Part shown: piece after piece, positions 12,086-25,027 of the stretch
How the letters are laid out: every line of letters begins with the position of its first letter
Position numbering within the stretch: position 1 is the stretch's first letter
Source of the DNA: Octopus bimaculoides
Taxonomy: Eukaryota
Reading direction: 5' to 3'
Assembly (NCBI RefSeq): GCF_001194135.2
Contig: NC_068986.1
Location: 11,006,524 to 11,070,523 of the forward strand
DNA length: 64,000 bases
Program-made: the position numbers and the translations under genes
Notes under the pieces: generated by a model
Told to the model about the DNA's origin: nothing
Database searches by the model: none
The model's input: only the letters and a program-made list of their open reading frames with translations

Positions 12086-13265
12086 GTAAGTGCTCTCTTT
12101 TTATTTATTAACATCATTTCTTCACCTTTTTTTTTTTTTTGTGTGGTTCTTGTGTTCAGTCAATAGAATGTCATACTGTCAGCCAAAAGTTATTGAGTCC
12201 TTTATCACACCATAACCCATCTATATTCTTCACTCTCTCATATATTTACTTCAATATAATAAGGAATAACTCCTTTAGTTTTCTTTCTTCCTTTTGGGGT
12301 TTTTTTTTTTTCTGAAATGTTCATCATCATCATCATCATCATCACTCTGCACACTCTGTAAAGAATATCCAGATATAGGAACTATGCCAAAGCTGACAGA
12401 AGAGCGTGGCATAGTTCTCTGGCTTTACCAGTTCTTGTCAAACTGTCCAACCCATGCAAGATGAACATTCAGTGATGATGATGATGATGGTGCGACTGTG
12501 ATTAAGGGGAAAGGATTAATGCCAACCAGTTTTCACGGTGAACTGGGTGCTTTTTATTTTCTTTGAGGCCCCAGCACTAGTGTGGTTGCCATATTAGGCT
12601 AAGATCCCTCGCAGCTGAGTAATGCTACAGCAGAGGAGGGGCAGTTTTATGCTATGGGTTGAAGGGCTAACATGTGAGAAAAGGGGCCAAACTGAACAGG
12701 TTTCTTACTGTAGAGGATTTACACAGCTACTCAACACTTGGGGCGACCAAGAGGAGTAGATGTGATACCTCATCATCGTCTAATATCCGTTTTCCATACC
12801 GGCATGGTTTGGATAGAGCTGGCAGGGCCAGGGGTCACACTAGGTTCCATTGTCTGTTTTGGCTTGGGGTTTCTACAGCTGAATGCCCTTCCTAATATGC
12901 CAAACACTTTACAGAATGTACTGGGTGTTTTTCAGGTGGAAGAAGCCCATCATACGCGTGTGTCTGTCTGTTCCCCCACCTACAGTCGCTTGACAACTGA
13001 TATCGGTGTTTTTACCTCCCTGTAACTTAACAGTTCAGCAATAGAGACTGATAGAATAAGTACTAGGCTTACAAAGAATAAGTACTGGGGTCAATTTGTT
13101 CGACTAAAGGCAGTGCTTTAGCATGGCCACAGTCAAATGACCGAAACAAGTAAAAGAAAAAAAAAAAGAAATTCCTTCATGTTGTTTGTTTTGTGGGTTT
13201 TTTTTTCTTTTTAATCAAATCATTTTGTTTTCTATTCCAAAGAGTGAATTTGTCTTTTCTTGTAG

Positions 13266-13358
13266 GACAGCCATGGTTTAGACTTGAATTTGTTAAAGAA
13301 AGAACATAATTTAGATTTTTATCAACAAGTTAAATTAATCAACTACATCCGACGACAG
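13266..13358 (+). CDS. ZNF277: ZNF277 coding exon (DSHGLDLNLLKKEHNLDFYQQVKLINYIRRQ)
   Basis: tgtag|GAC, CAG|gtaagc; matches LNFYQQVKLVNFIRRQ. Confidence 0.95.
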
Positions 13359-13444
13359 GTAAGCATTGGTTTATTATACTTCATTCAAGAGAGATGATCT
13401 TTTTAGGAAAATAATAGTTCCAACAGCTTCAGTTTAGTTATGAG

Positions 13445-13607
13445 CAGGACTGTGGAGTCAGAGTCGAAAACAATTAATGGGTAGCTGGAGTCAGAGGCAA
13501 GAAAATAGACCACAATCACTTAATTACATAGAGGAGTTGAAGTCAGAGGTGTCAATAGTAGAGGAGTCGGAGTCAGAGTTTTTTGTTTCGATGACTCCAC
13601 AGCCCTG
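13445..13607. mobile_element. hAT-type MITE with GGAGTC subrepeats
   Basis: TIRs caggactgtggagtc...gactccacagccctg; 8-bp TSD gttatgag/attatgag. Confidence 0.8.
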
Positions 13608-13742
13608 ATTATGAGAATAATGACCATTTAATTGAGGTATGTCTGCTCTCTCTGTAGAAGAGAATATGCTTGAAGCAGAAAAGACTTTCCTTCTATTTTT
13701 CTTGAGTGCAAACTTTATACACCATTTTTTCCTTTTTTTTAC

Positions 13743-14140
13743 TTCATCATCATCGTCCACTTTCCATGCTAGCATGGGTTGGACGATTTGACTGAGGACT
13801 GGTGAACCAGATGGCTACACCAGGTTCCAATCTGATTTGGCAGAGTTTCTACAGCTGGATGCTCTTCCTAACGCCAACCACTCCGAGAGTGTAGTGGGTG
13901 CTTTTACGTGCCACCGGCACGAAGGCCAGTCTGGCGGTACTAGCAATGGCTATGCTCAAAATGGTGTATTTTACGTGCCACCTGCACAAAAGCCAGTCCA
14001 GTGGCACTGGCAACGATCTCGCTCGAAAGTCCTTACACATGCCACGGGCACAAGTGCCAGAAAGTCAACGCTGGGCACAGGTGCCATCACGATTTCGCTT
14101 TCGCTTGCCCCAACAGGTCTTTGCAAGCCGAGTTTCGTCT
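13743..14140 (-). mobile_element. RTE LINE 3' end (other copies: 5845-6090+, 7460-7640-, 15310-15706-, 19560-19745-, 36600-36815-, 44360-44910-, 47100-47315-, 49700-50115- x2, 57990-58500-, 59485-59755+, 63355-63620-)
   Basis: Same conserved 3' UTR core and (GAT)n tail as 1036-1352. Confidence 0.85.
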
Positions 14141-14180
14141 CTTTGTTTTATATTCAATTTTTGCACCATACATACATATA

Positions 14181-14655
14181 CAAGGTCTGATCAAAAAGAC
14201 AAGTGTTGCTATGGTAACAAAGCTAAAGTATGCAGAGTGAAGCCACTTGGCACAGAAAGACCTTGAACTCTGTCAGGCATGCACACTAAGTTGTAATGTT
14301 CTCGCTCCTGTTTATAGCAGTTCTGCAAAGTAAAGTGTGTCGAGCGTGATCGTCTCACCATGCCACAGAAGTTCCATCAGTGACCACAGCAGAGAAGGTG
14401 TGTGTGTGTGTGCATTGAAAGAGACAGGGCTTGAAGGTTATTATGGCCAAGAATCTTTTCAAAATCCCACTAGATCCCACTAGAAAGAAATTTCAAGACA
14501 TCAAGGAAATCCAAACAAAAGTGTTCCAGGAATGCTTCCATCAATGGATATAAAGAAGGGGACAACTTCGAAGGAGATCAAATGCCAGATTGATATGGGT
14601 TTTAATTTTCTTTTTATGGCACCAGTCTTCCAAATACTTTTTTGATCAGACCTTG
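14181..14655 (+). mobile_element. Internally deleted mariner element / MITE
   Basis: TA|caaggtctgatcaaaaag ... ctttttgatcagaccttg|TA; remnant FQECFHQW...GDNFEGD near the 3' end. Confidence 0.85.
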
Positions 14656-15933
14656 TATACAGAATGTTAAAATAACATTGCCTCTTACAGGGACAGCTGT
14701 GGTTCTGTGGTAAGTTTGTTTCCCAACCTCATTGTGTGATCCTCTGGGCCAAAGCTTTTTCAGTGGATTTGCTAAACGGAAACTGAAAGAAGCCAGTTTT
14801 TTTTTTTTTCTGTGTGTTTGTTTTACTATCTCTTTGTCTTGACAGCATATGATGGTTGTAAACGAGTGTCACTGCCAAGCATGTGGTGTCCTTTGTTTCC
14901 AATCTTCTGTGAAAAGATGTCCAGCCACAAGAAAATCTTATACCCTTACCTGGTGACAGGTGAGGATTGGCAACAGGAAGGTCATATGGCTGTCGAAAAC
15001 CTGCTTTAATTAAATTCCATCGAATCCATGTAAGCATGGGGGGAGGGGGGAGTAGACATTAAAACAAAGATGTTGTTTAATGAATAAAATATAAGGTATT
15101 AAAAAGAAATGATACAAACTGTAGACAAAATTGCAGGCCTTGTCAGAATTAGAAAGTGCATCATAGATACTAAGGGAAACCTCAGGGGAGTTAAGATAAA
15201 AAAGTGTTAAAGATTTGGTTGCTATTTCTAGTGTTTTGAGAAGCTTACAGATCAGAGGTTCTCAATAGGGATCCAGATAAGATTTTGTTGTTAAAAATTT
15301 GTGTGCAATCATCATCATCGTTTAACGTCCGCTTTCCATGCTAGCATGGGTTGGACGATTTGACTGAGGACTGGTGAACCAGATGGCTGCACCAGGCTCC
15401 AATCTGATCTGGCAGAGTTTCTACAGCTGGATGCCTTTCCTAACGCCAACCACTCCGAGAGTGTAGTGGGTGCTTTTACATGCCACCGGCACAAAGGCCA
15501 GTCCGGTGGTACTGGCAACGGCCACGCTCAAAATGGTGTGTTTTACATACCACCTGCATAGGAGCCAGTCCAGCGGCACTGGCAACGATCTCACTCGAAT
15601 GTCTTTACACGTGCCAGGAAGGCGACGCTGGGCACAGGTGCCATCACAACTTCGCTTTCGCTTGCCCCAACAGGTCTTCGCAAGCCAAGTTTCATGTCCA
15701 ATGAAGGAAACTTCCACAATACACAAAATGTTAATTGTTTATATATTTCCTAATAATATTTAATTCTAAAAATATAATAGGATTTTTTTAAACCTTAAAT
15801 AACTATGAGGTTTCACCAGAATGAGTATCAATGGGTTCCATAGGTGAAAAATGGTTGAGGACCATAGAGGTTCCTTTTGTTATTGGTATTTTCAAAATAA
15901 TTCTGTAGAATTAATTTTTCTTGTTGTTGCCAG

Positions 15934-16058
15934 GTCCATTTGCTCAAGTGCATCAGTTGTGATAAACAGTTTGAAAGTAAAGATGCATTAATGCTACACA
16001 TACATTCAAGTGGACACAGCCAACAAATACCCAGGTCCAACATGTGGATGCAACCACA
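15934..16058 (+). CDS. ZNF277: ZNF277 coding exon (VHLLKCISCDKQFESKDALMLHIHSSGH...MWMQP)
   Basis: gccag|GTC, CA|gtgagt; C2H2 finger; phase 0 to 2. Confidence 0.92.
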
Positions 16059-16850
16059 GTGAGTAGAAAAGACACCAAAAACCTCTACATTTCTCATAAA
16101 ACTTAATTAAATTCATTCACTGTATTTGATGGCATCAAAGACACACAGACATACAAGATACATCCCTGATTTCGGCCAAACAGTTTTGTGATTGAATTAA
16201 CTCATTTGGTATTTCAACCAGCCATATCCAACCCCAATATTGTATCTGTTTTAGGTTCAAACTGGCCAGATCCAGCCTTTCATACCTATCCTGGGATGTT
16301 GTTCTAAAAATAAACAATCACATCATCGAAATCTTTAATGTTTAATTAATTGAAAACAAATTGAATAAATAGGTATTGCATTTGAGAGAATAATTTGAAT
16401 GCTAAAGGTTTAAAGCATGTAATGTTGGCCCAACTTTGCAACAGAGAACATCAGGAGATATTTTGGAGCCATTATTTTTGTACAAATATAAAAAAAAAAT
16501 GCCATCAAATTAGTGTATGAAATTAAATTTTCCTTTTGTTTGTGTTGATGCTTCTAATTGATTAAGTTTCAAGTCAACTTCAAATGAACATTCTCTACAG
16601 CAGGACACCTACCCCACCCCCAGCTAAAGACGTCTTTTGTTTTGCACTCAGTGACCCTGTCCAGTGCTGGTACCACACAAAAAGCACCCAGTCCACCTTT
16701 GTAAAGCGGTTGGTGTGAGGAAGGACATCCAACCACAGAAACTCTACCAAAACAGACAATAGGGCCTGATGCAGCCCCCGGTCTAACTAACTCCAGTCAA
16801 ACTGTCCACCCATGCCAGCACAGAAAATAGATGTTACTGATGATGAATAT

Positions 16851-17163
16851 AGGAGCACTCTGTCGGTTACGACGACGACGAGGGTCCCAGCTGATGTGAT
16901 CAACAGAACAGCTTGCTCGTGAAATTAATGTGCAAGTGGCTGAGCACTCCACAGACACGTGTACCCTTAATGTATTTCTCAGGGAGATTCAGCATGACAA
17001 GGCTGGTTCTTTGAAATACAAGTACCACTCATTTTTGCCAGCTGAGTGGACTGGAGCAACGTGAAATAAAGTCTTGCTCAAGGACACAATGCTTCACCAG
17101 GAATTGAACTCACAACCTTACGATCGTGAGCCGAATGCCCTAACCACTATACCACACACCTCC
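16851..17163 (-). mobile_element. tRNA-derived SINE family (also 37167-37490-, 40630-40800-, 48770-48950-, 61625-61860+)
   Basis: tRNA-like end ggaattgaactcacaaccttacgatcgtgagccgaatgccctaaccact; shared body gaaataaagtcttgctcaaggacac. Confidence 0.75.
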
Positions 17164-17939
17164 ACTGATGATGAATATACTACTAAGTAAAGAATTCTTT
17201 GTGTTTACCAAATGCTATAACTTAACTGCTGGCTCTAAATTCTAGAGATTAAGCTAAGGTTGAACTTGGAATTTCTCTGTTTCTAATATTTTTTTCTCTG
17301 TATCCTTAAGTAAATTAGTAATTAAAAGTATTCTAAGCATGATTATCTCTTCTTCTCTTGTATATTTAGGGACTCCAAAACAGTAAAAAAAACAAAACCA
17401 TGCCAAAAGAGACATTGGAGCTTGAAGTCCTCTGGCTTGCCAACTCCTGTCAAACCGTCCAACCCATGCCAGCATGGGAAACAGGCATTAAATGACAATG
17501 ATGACTTGTCTTGCTTTTAAAATGATAGGGTGTCATTTCTAAGAAATCTATTTCTGGCAGTTCAAGTATGGGAAGAACTCTCGTTTGTCTAATTGCATCC
17601 ACAAGTATCCACATGTAAGTGAATGGAGCAGCTGAAGACAAAGGGAAAGTGTATGATGGATCATCAGAGTTCATAATATAACAAGGAGTACTTAACATTT
17701 CTGAAAGCCACTCAAAATTTCTATTTAATATTTCAAGTTCACTTTGCTTGTAATCAAGAATTAATATCTTGTAGCATCACACTTCTGAAACCTTCATCTT
17801 ATACAGTTGTATGTTTGTGTAAATATTCAAACCAACCAAATCATCCTGTCATAATTGAAATTCTATCAAAAAAAAAAGAATTATCAGATACTGACCCCCC
17901 ACAAGATTACTAGTTTGTGAAATGCAAAACAAATAAGTT

Positions 17940-18143
17940 TTAACCCTTTCGTTACTGTATTTATTTTGAGATGATCTGTATTTCTTTCAGTTAATTTTAA
18001 ATACAACAAAGAATTTAGTAAAATAACTTAGTTATCATTCAGCTAGTGTTAGGAACATAAATGTGGAAGATCTTAATTTGAAACTTATGAAACGAAGACA
18101 TTAATACTCAGAGCCAGAACTGGGTTGGTAACGAATGGGTTAA
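17940..18143. mobile_element. piggyBac-type TTAA MITE (related: 22615-22846, 30193-30433, 34720-34934, 56457-56651, 62404-62631, and partial copies at about 16220-16410 and 60530-60745)
   Basis: TTAA|CCCTTT...GGG|TTAA-type termini in each full copy. Confidence 0.8.
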
Positions 18144-18217
18144 GGGATTGTATATGTCCACAAATTTATAGTTAACTTATTCTGTAAAAATCATCTGCTA
18201 TTTCTCCATTTTAACAG

Positions 18218-18377
18218 GTACTATTTCCCAACATATGAAAATGACAACCTGTTATGTCAGTTAATGGATAATACAATTCCTGAAGCTAACAACAGTGGAA
18301 TGTCAGAAGACTGTGATTTCAAACCAGAGAACTTCTTACCTGAATGTATATTGAAGGAAATCCTCTCAATTGATTGA
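18218..18377 (+). CDS. ZNF277: ZNF277 last coding exon (YYFPTYENDNLLC...ILSID*)
   Basis: aacag|G; hallmark YYFPTYEND; TGA at 18375-18377. Confidence 0.95.
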
Positions 18378-19327
18378 CAAAACAGCCCAACTCGATCACA
18401 CCAAACACAATTAGAAATAATGAAACCAACAAAAAGGAAAAATTTCTAAAAATTTGATTTTATTTGTTACAATCTGACTCAGCACCTCATCTTTATTTTG
18501 TCCGTCTTTCTGATATAGAAAATACTGCTGCAGTTGTTATCAATCAACAACAGACGATGACATCAAGGCAGTGTTTAAAGGTATCTAAGGCAGCAGATGA
18601 AGTCCATCAGCTTCATTGTTTTATATTCTGCTACATTAGCACTGAATGCTGTCCAGGAGTGAGTGAAGGCTTTCAGTCAGCACAGAATTGACTGATTTCT
18701 TTTTTTACTTTAAATTGAAAAGCTAACTTATTGGCAATTTTTGTTGCAAGAAATAGTAATTGATCCCAACAATAAATTTGCACATTTTGTTTGTTCGGCT
18801 CTTTGCTTTCAGATATTTTTTTTTTAATAATTTTACTTTCTAAAGCTCACTTTCTCTCCCATTTTAGCTTCAAGTAATCTTTAAATTACCGAATGAACAC
18901 AAAGTATATTTATTGTTTTATGGTCTTGCTGCTTCAACAACAGGACCATAAAAGATAAACTTTCGTTTAGGTAGAACTTGGGCCCGGCAGCACAAAGTTA
19001 AATTTTTAAGACAACTTGGAAGAAAGATTTTACCATTGTTAAAAAAAAAAAAATTGGTCATGTTATTTGAAACCCCCCCTCCCAAATCAATGTAACTGAC
19101 CAGATTTCTTTGAAAAACAGGGAAATGGATTTTATTTTTTTAAAATCTTCATTTCTCTTTCTTTTAGAATGAAATGTTGTCTTCATATTTCATTAACTTG
19201 TCCCAGGTGTGCCATGTTACTACTAAAAGTGTTCAGTTTAAAGCCACCCAGGGACAATCATGTGATTTGCTTTGACATTGTCAATGCAAGTTGTGTGTGG
19301 TTTGGGTTTCCAATCATCAGCTGAAGA

Positions 19328-19486
19328 TCATCTCTCTTGGACAAAAACAGTATCTTGAGGGAAAAGACCAGCATCTTTCAGAGAAAGATTTCTGTCGTAA
19401 GTTGATAATTTTCTACGAGGGAAGTTAGTAATTAGTTCATATTTTTCATTTGAATATCCTTTCTCTTTTACGTATTCTTCAAGAGC
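19328..19486 (-). CDS. UBXN7: UBXN7 last coding exon (UBX domain ...YELITNFPRRKL...AGLFPQDTVFVQER*)
   Basis: tttag|GCT; NFPR motif and terminal FVQER; TGA at 19330-19328. Confidence 0.95.
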   Translation of the reverse strand, partial: ALEEYVKEKGYSNEKYELITNFPRRKLSTYDRNLSLKDAGLFPQDTVFVQER

Positions 19487-20915
19487 CTAAATGAAAAAGA
19501 AAACAAATCATCATCACAAAAATAAAAGCAATCCATTTCCCCACAAAATCATCTCTTAACGTTCACTTTCCATGCTGGCATGGGTTGGACGGTTTGACTG
19601 GAAAGCCAGGAGGCGGCACCAGGATCCAATCTGATCTGGCAGTGTTTCTACAGCTGGATGCCCTTCCTAACGCCAACCACTCCAGGAGTGTAGTGGTTGC
19701 TTTTTACATGCCAATGGCACAGGAGCCAGTTGGGGGGCACTGGCATTGACTGACGCTTGGTCCCTATTAATTAGTGTCACCTGTCTTATGCACCTGTTGC
19801 CCTCCACCCCCTTTTTCCTTTACCTTTTCCTCCATATAGATTTTTTAACCATCAACCACATCTTCTCCCTAGTACATCATTCGCCTCACACTCCTATGAA
19901 CGTGCCCACCCTTCTCAGTCCAGTCCATATTTTCCCCACCTCTTCTCACTTTCTTGTCCCATGAGAGAATATTCTTAGCACCTTGTCACCAACATCTTTA
20001 TCTTCTTTCCATCTCCACCCACCAACCCTTATATATGCCAAAATAGCCATGTATCTCCTCTATAGAAAGAGGCCTGTTCCAGTCCCTCAATCATACTTTA
20101 GCCTCTCAAAACCACTCCCCTCCCTACCGCAGCCCCACCCCACCCCACCCCGTCTTGTCAGTTACTTGGTGACTTCACTAATATCCAGTACATTCTGTAA
20201 AGTGGTTGGTGTTAAGAAGGCCATCCTGCTATAGAAACCATGACAAAGCAGGGCATTGCCCTCAACACAATTTTCTGGCTCCTTGGATCCTATTTAACTT
20301 CCCAATCCACAACACAATGGAAGAGACAGATGGTAAACGATGGTGATGTGTCCTCCCTGTTCCTACTATCTTCAACAATTAGCTGGCAAAAATGTTAGCA
20401 GGCCAGGCAAAATGCTTAGCAGTATTTCGTCTCTCTCTACATTCTGAGTTCAAATTCTGCCAAGGTTGACTTTACTTTTCATCTTTTCGGGGTCGATAAA
20501 TTAAGTACCAGTTGTGTACTGGGGTCGATTTAATTGACCCACCACCACCAAAAAAAAAAAAAAATCCAAGCCTTTTGCCTAGATTAGAAAAGGAATTAGT
20601 AAAAAAAACACCGAAATGGTATAAAAGGAAAGTGCTTTCCTCTACAAAGAGGTTCTGTCAAAACATTTCATAACCAAGAGAGATTTATCTTCTGATATAG
20701 ATTACAGAATATAAAAATCATTGGTGGATTGGCAATCGATACATTCTATAAAGTGAGTGACATTAGGAAGGGGCATCAAGGTGTAGAAACCATGCCGTAT
20801 CAGAGCCTGGTGCAGCTTCTGTCAAACCGTCCAACCCATACCAGCATGGAAGGAGGATGTTAAATGATGGACGACAATAACAAACATACCAAGAGGAGGA
20901 TTAAGTTTCACTTAC

Positions 20916-20995
20916 CAACAATGGTGACGTACAAGGAAGTGATAACTGTTGTTTGTTGCCATCAGGAAACCTAATCATTAGATTTGTGACAGGAT
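20916..20995 (-). CDS. UBXN7: UBXN7 exon (UBX start, PVTNLMIRFPDGNKQQLSLPCTSPLL)
   Basis: tttag|AT, TTG|gtaagt; phase 1 to 0. Confidence 0.93.
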
Positions 20996-21242
20996 CTAAA
21001 AAAAAAAGCAAGGAAATTAAACACATTCGTAAAAACCAAAAGTAATTAATGATAATTGGCAACATGATTCTCATCAATCACTTCTAAAAGGAAATGATTC
21101 AAATTAAAGCACTATTTAAAAAAAAAATTTTTTTTTTTTTAAAGTAACATTTAAAACAATCATCAATTAATTTATAAACTAATATTTTTCTGTGTAATCA
21201 AACAAACTACAGCCACAAATAGAATAATTTTGCTTACAAGCA

Positions 21243-21588
21243 CAGGAGTGGCTATGTGGTAAGAAGCTTGGTTCCCAACCACATGGTTCCGAGTTCAGTA
21301 CCACTGCGTGGCACCTTGGACAAGTGTCTTCTATTACAGACTGACCAAAGGCTTGTGGAAACTGAAAGAAGCCCATCGTATATATGTGTCTGTGTTAGTT
21401 TTGCCCCTACCCCATTGCTTGGCAATCAATGGCGTGTTTATGTCACCGTAACTTAGCAGTTCAGCAAAGGAGATTAATAGAATAAATACTAGGCTTACAA
21501 AAGGCAAGTCCTGGAGTCGATCTGTTCGACAAAAGACGGTGCTCCAGCATGGCCACAGTCAAATGATTGAAACAAGTAAAAGAATAAA
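21243..21588 (+). mobile_element. Most abundant tRNA-SINE family, near full-length copy (others: 21627-21996-, 25740-26045-, 26930-27235-, 43585-43960+, 47425-47810+, 54680-55040+, 60995-61350+, many fragments)
   Basis: Head tggctgtgtggtaagaagcttgcttcccaaccacatggttccgggttcagtcccact; core ggcaccttgggcaagtgtc; tail cagtcaaatgactgaaacaagtaaaaga. Confidence 0.85.
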
Positions 21589-22947
21589 GACAGATATCCA
21601 CCCCTCCTAAATACAGTGACACTCATTTCTTTTAATTCTTTTACTCCTTTACTTGTCTCAGTCATTTGACTGTGGCCATGCTGGAGCACCGCCTTTAGTC
21701 AAGCAAATCGACCCCAGGACTTATTCTTTGTAAGCCTTATACTTATACTATCAGTCTCTTTTGCTGAACTGCCAAGTTACGGGGATGTAAACACACCAAC
21801 TTCAGTTATCAAATGATGGTGGGGTGACAAACACACACATATAGATGGGCTTCTTTCAGTTTCCGTCTACCAAATCCACTCACAAGGATTTGGTTAGCCC
21901 CGAGCCAATAGTAGAAGACACTTGCCCAAGGTGCCACGCAGTGGGACTGAACCAAGAACCATGTGATTGGTAAGCAAACTACTTACCACGCAGCCATTTT
22001 CTTTCAACATGTCAATCATTTAATACAGCATAGTAATAATTCTCTTTCTCTCATATATAGACAGTTGTCTTTCGTGCTGCCAAACCACCTGGCGTCCATA
22101 TAAAGTTTTCTTGTTAAAATTTATGTGCAATAAATTGCTTATATATCTATGATACACCAAGCATTTCAACATTTAAAAAAAAAAATACCTAATAGGAATT
22201 TTTAAACATCAAATGGCTGTGATGGTCCATCCCAGTAAAACAGGAATTAAAAAATGATGGTGACCCACGAGGTTGGACTAATATACAACTTCAACATTTT
22301 ATCATTTCTGAATACTCTAAGGTGGTTGGCTGGTTGTTGTTAGCAAAGCAGATAAAATACTTCACAGCAGTTTTTGTCTCAATCTTTACATTCTCAGTTC
22401 AAATCACACCCAAATCAACTTTGCTTTCCAGGGTGAATAAATTAAAATACCAGCTGAGTAATGGTGTCAATGTAATTGACTTTCCCCTCTCGCCCTAAAA
22501 TTGCTGGCCTTGTGCTAAAATCTGAAACATTTCTGAATATTCCAAGTTGCAACCACTGATAAAAGTCATTTTCTGGCTGGAACAAATTTCTCAGCTGATC
22601 ATGGAAAGCAGATGTTAACCCTTTCATTACCATATTTATTTTGAGATGCACTGTGCTTCTTTCAATTAATTTTAAATATAACAAAGAATTTAGTAAAATG
22701 ACTTAGTTATCATTAAGCTAGTGTTAGGAACATAAATTGTGACTACGATTTGGTGGAAGATTTTAATTTAAAACTTATGAAAACAAAACATTTGTACAAC
22801 AGAGCCAGAGGAGAGGTTTCAGCCAGATTGGTAACAAAAGGATTAAAAAACAACGATGATTCAAGCCATTAAGTGTAATCTGGCCAAGACACAACCATCT
22901 TCAGGTTTTAACTGAAACCAACAAACACCAAACAACATCGTACTTAC

Positions 22948-23425
22948 CATCTTTAGAACCTAGATATGCCTTCCAACTACTACTACTGGCTGTGCCATCT
23001 TGTTTGCTTGATGCTGTTGTTGATGCCGTTGTTGTGGCTGTTGACTGTTTACTGGAACATGGTAATTCAGTGGTTTGTGAAGATGAAAAGATGGGTGATT
23101 TCAAAGTAGTTAAACTCTTATAAACTGTGGCACTGGAGCTCGAAGACTGAGTACACGGCACACGTTTTGATTTGTTCTTAGATTCGGATACTTTTTCTAA
23201 TTTAGAAAGCAAGTTTGAGCTGCCATGCGACTTTCTTTCAGATGTTTTAATCCGTTTGACTGGAGATGGTACGCTCTCCTCTTCTGAGCCAGTAAAGGTC
23301 TCCAAATCAATGTCGTATTCTGACTCTGAACCCTCAGATTCCGAAGAATGTGCATCTTGTTCCAGAGATGCTTTGATTGCTGCTTGCATTTGAGCATCTT
23401 CGCTTGCATCCACAATACTCATTTC
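22948..23425 (-). CDS. UBXN7: UBXN7 exon (UIM DASEDAQMQAAIKASL plus acidic/Ser-Thr-rich linker)
   Basis: gccag|GAA, G|gtaagt; matches the human UIM DASEDSQLEAAIRASL. Confidence 0.95.
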
Positions 23426-24164
23426 CTGGCAACAAAAAGTATTGCAATTGAATTAGTGAAAACATCTACAATTGTAAAGCATCTTTATTCTTTTGCTTGT
23501 TTCAGTCATTTGACTGCAGCCATGCTGAAGCACCGCCTTTAGTCAAGCAAATTGACTCCAAGATTTATTCTTTGTAAGCCTAGAACTTATTCTATCGGTG
23601 TCTTTTGCTGAACTGCTAAGTTACGGGGGCCATAAACACACNNNNNNNNNNGGGGGGGGGGGGACAAAACACAGACACACGAACACATACATACATATGA
23701 TGGGCTTCTTTCAGTTTCCGTCTATCAAATCCACTCACAAGGCTTTGGTTGGATGCCCTTCCTAATGCCCACTGCTTTTTTTCATGCCACTGGTTCGGGT
23801 GCTTTTTAAGCAACACCAGAATGGACAGGCCTGCATGTGTGGAAGACAGCCCTTTTACTTAGTTTGACATGTCGTATCAAGTACAGCAAATTGCCACATC
23901 TCCCGGTCCTTAGTCAAGTTGGATAGTTTCAACTAATCTGATAGGTACAAAGACTGCATCATGCTCCATTGTCTGCTTTGACCGGGTTTCTATTGCTGGA
24001 TACCCAGTCCTTACACCAACCACTTTCCAGGTACATGACAACAACACAATTAAGTAATGAACCCTGAGAGAGGTAGCTTAACCCACTAAGTCCCACTGTC
24101 CTATAAATAGGATATTAAATAAGCCATGTCATTGTTCTAGTGTTCTATTTATAGGACACTGTCA

Positions 24165-24828
24165 TCATCATCATTGTTTAATGTCCGTTTTCTATGCTGG
24201 CATGGGTTGGACAGTTTGATTGAGGTCAGGAAAGCCAGTGGCTGCACCAGGCTCCAATCTGATCAGTTTTTCTACAGCTGGATGCCCTTCCTAACGCCAA
24301 CCACTCCGAGAGTGTAGTGGGTGCTTTTTACATGCCACCGACACAGGAGCCAGTCATGCAGGCCTAGCATCGATCAGGTTTGGATAGTGCTTTTTACATG
24401 CCACCAGCATGGAAGCCAGTCAGGCGGTCCTGGCATCGACCATGTTCAGATGATACTTTTTATGTGCCGCCAGTCAAGGGGCACTAGCCACAGCTACGAT
24501 ATTGGTTTTGCTTGACTCAACAGGTCTTCTCAAGCATATCATATCACCCAACACATTAGGGGTACTCTCAACTGGGCTGGACATGTATGGCTGTGATCTC
24601 ATTTTAGTTGCCAGGTCTTCTTAATCACAGAATATCTCCAAAGGTGTCGGTCTCCTGTCATTGCCTCTGTGAGGCCCAATGTTCAAAGACCATGTTTCAC
24701 CACCTCATCTATGTCTTCCTGGGTCTATCTCTTCCACAAGTTCCTTCCAGTTAGGGAGTGGCACCTCTTCACACAGCTGTCCTCATCCATACGTAACACA
24801 TGACCATACCAGCACAGTCATCTCTCTC
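24165..24828 (-). mobile_element. RTE LINE 3' fragment including the ORF C-terminus
   Basis: LCWYGHVLRMDEDSCVKRCHSL...RPRKT*DEVVKH...DRHLWRY followed by the 3' UTR repeat family and (GAT)n. Confidence 0.88.
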
Positions 24829-24981
24829 TTTGTGTATTTCCATTTCTACTTGAAGTAAGAGTTTTAATAATTGATTTTTTTTCATTTTAACTTATTTTCA
24901 ATCATCTGTGAAAATTTGAAAGTAATATTCAGATACATTATTTACATTTGACGGATATTTGTCCTCATCTTGTTTGTTGTT

Positions 24982-25027
24982 AACACAACGTTTCGGCTGA
25001 TATAGCCACCAGCCTTCATCAGGTATC
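24982..25027 (-). ncRNA. Minimal type I hammerhead ribozyme, core intact
   Basis: GATAC-CTGATGA-A-GGCTG-gtggctatat-CAGCC-GAAA-CG-TT-GTGTT: stem I, CUGAUGA, 5-bp stem II, GAAA, palindromic ACGU stem III, GUU triplet. Confidence 0.8.

Noticed and set aside
16866-16935. Hammerhead-like gacgacgag...ctcgtgaaattaa in another SINE family
   Set aside because: Core does not match CUGANGA and it lies antisense to the SINE transcript
21553-21580. Hammerhead in the tail of the main SINE family (CAGTC-aaat-GACTG-AAAC)
   Set aside because: The stem and GAAAC are present in the family but the upstream CUGANGA is absent; more likely a LINE-type 3' stem-loop
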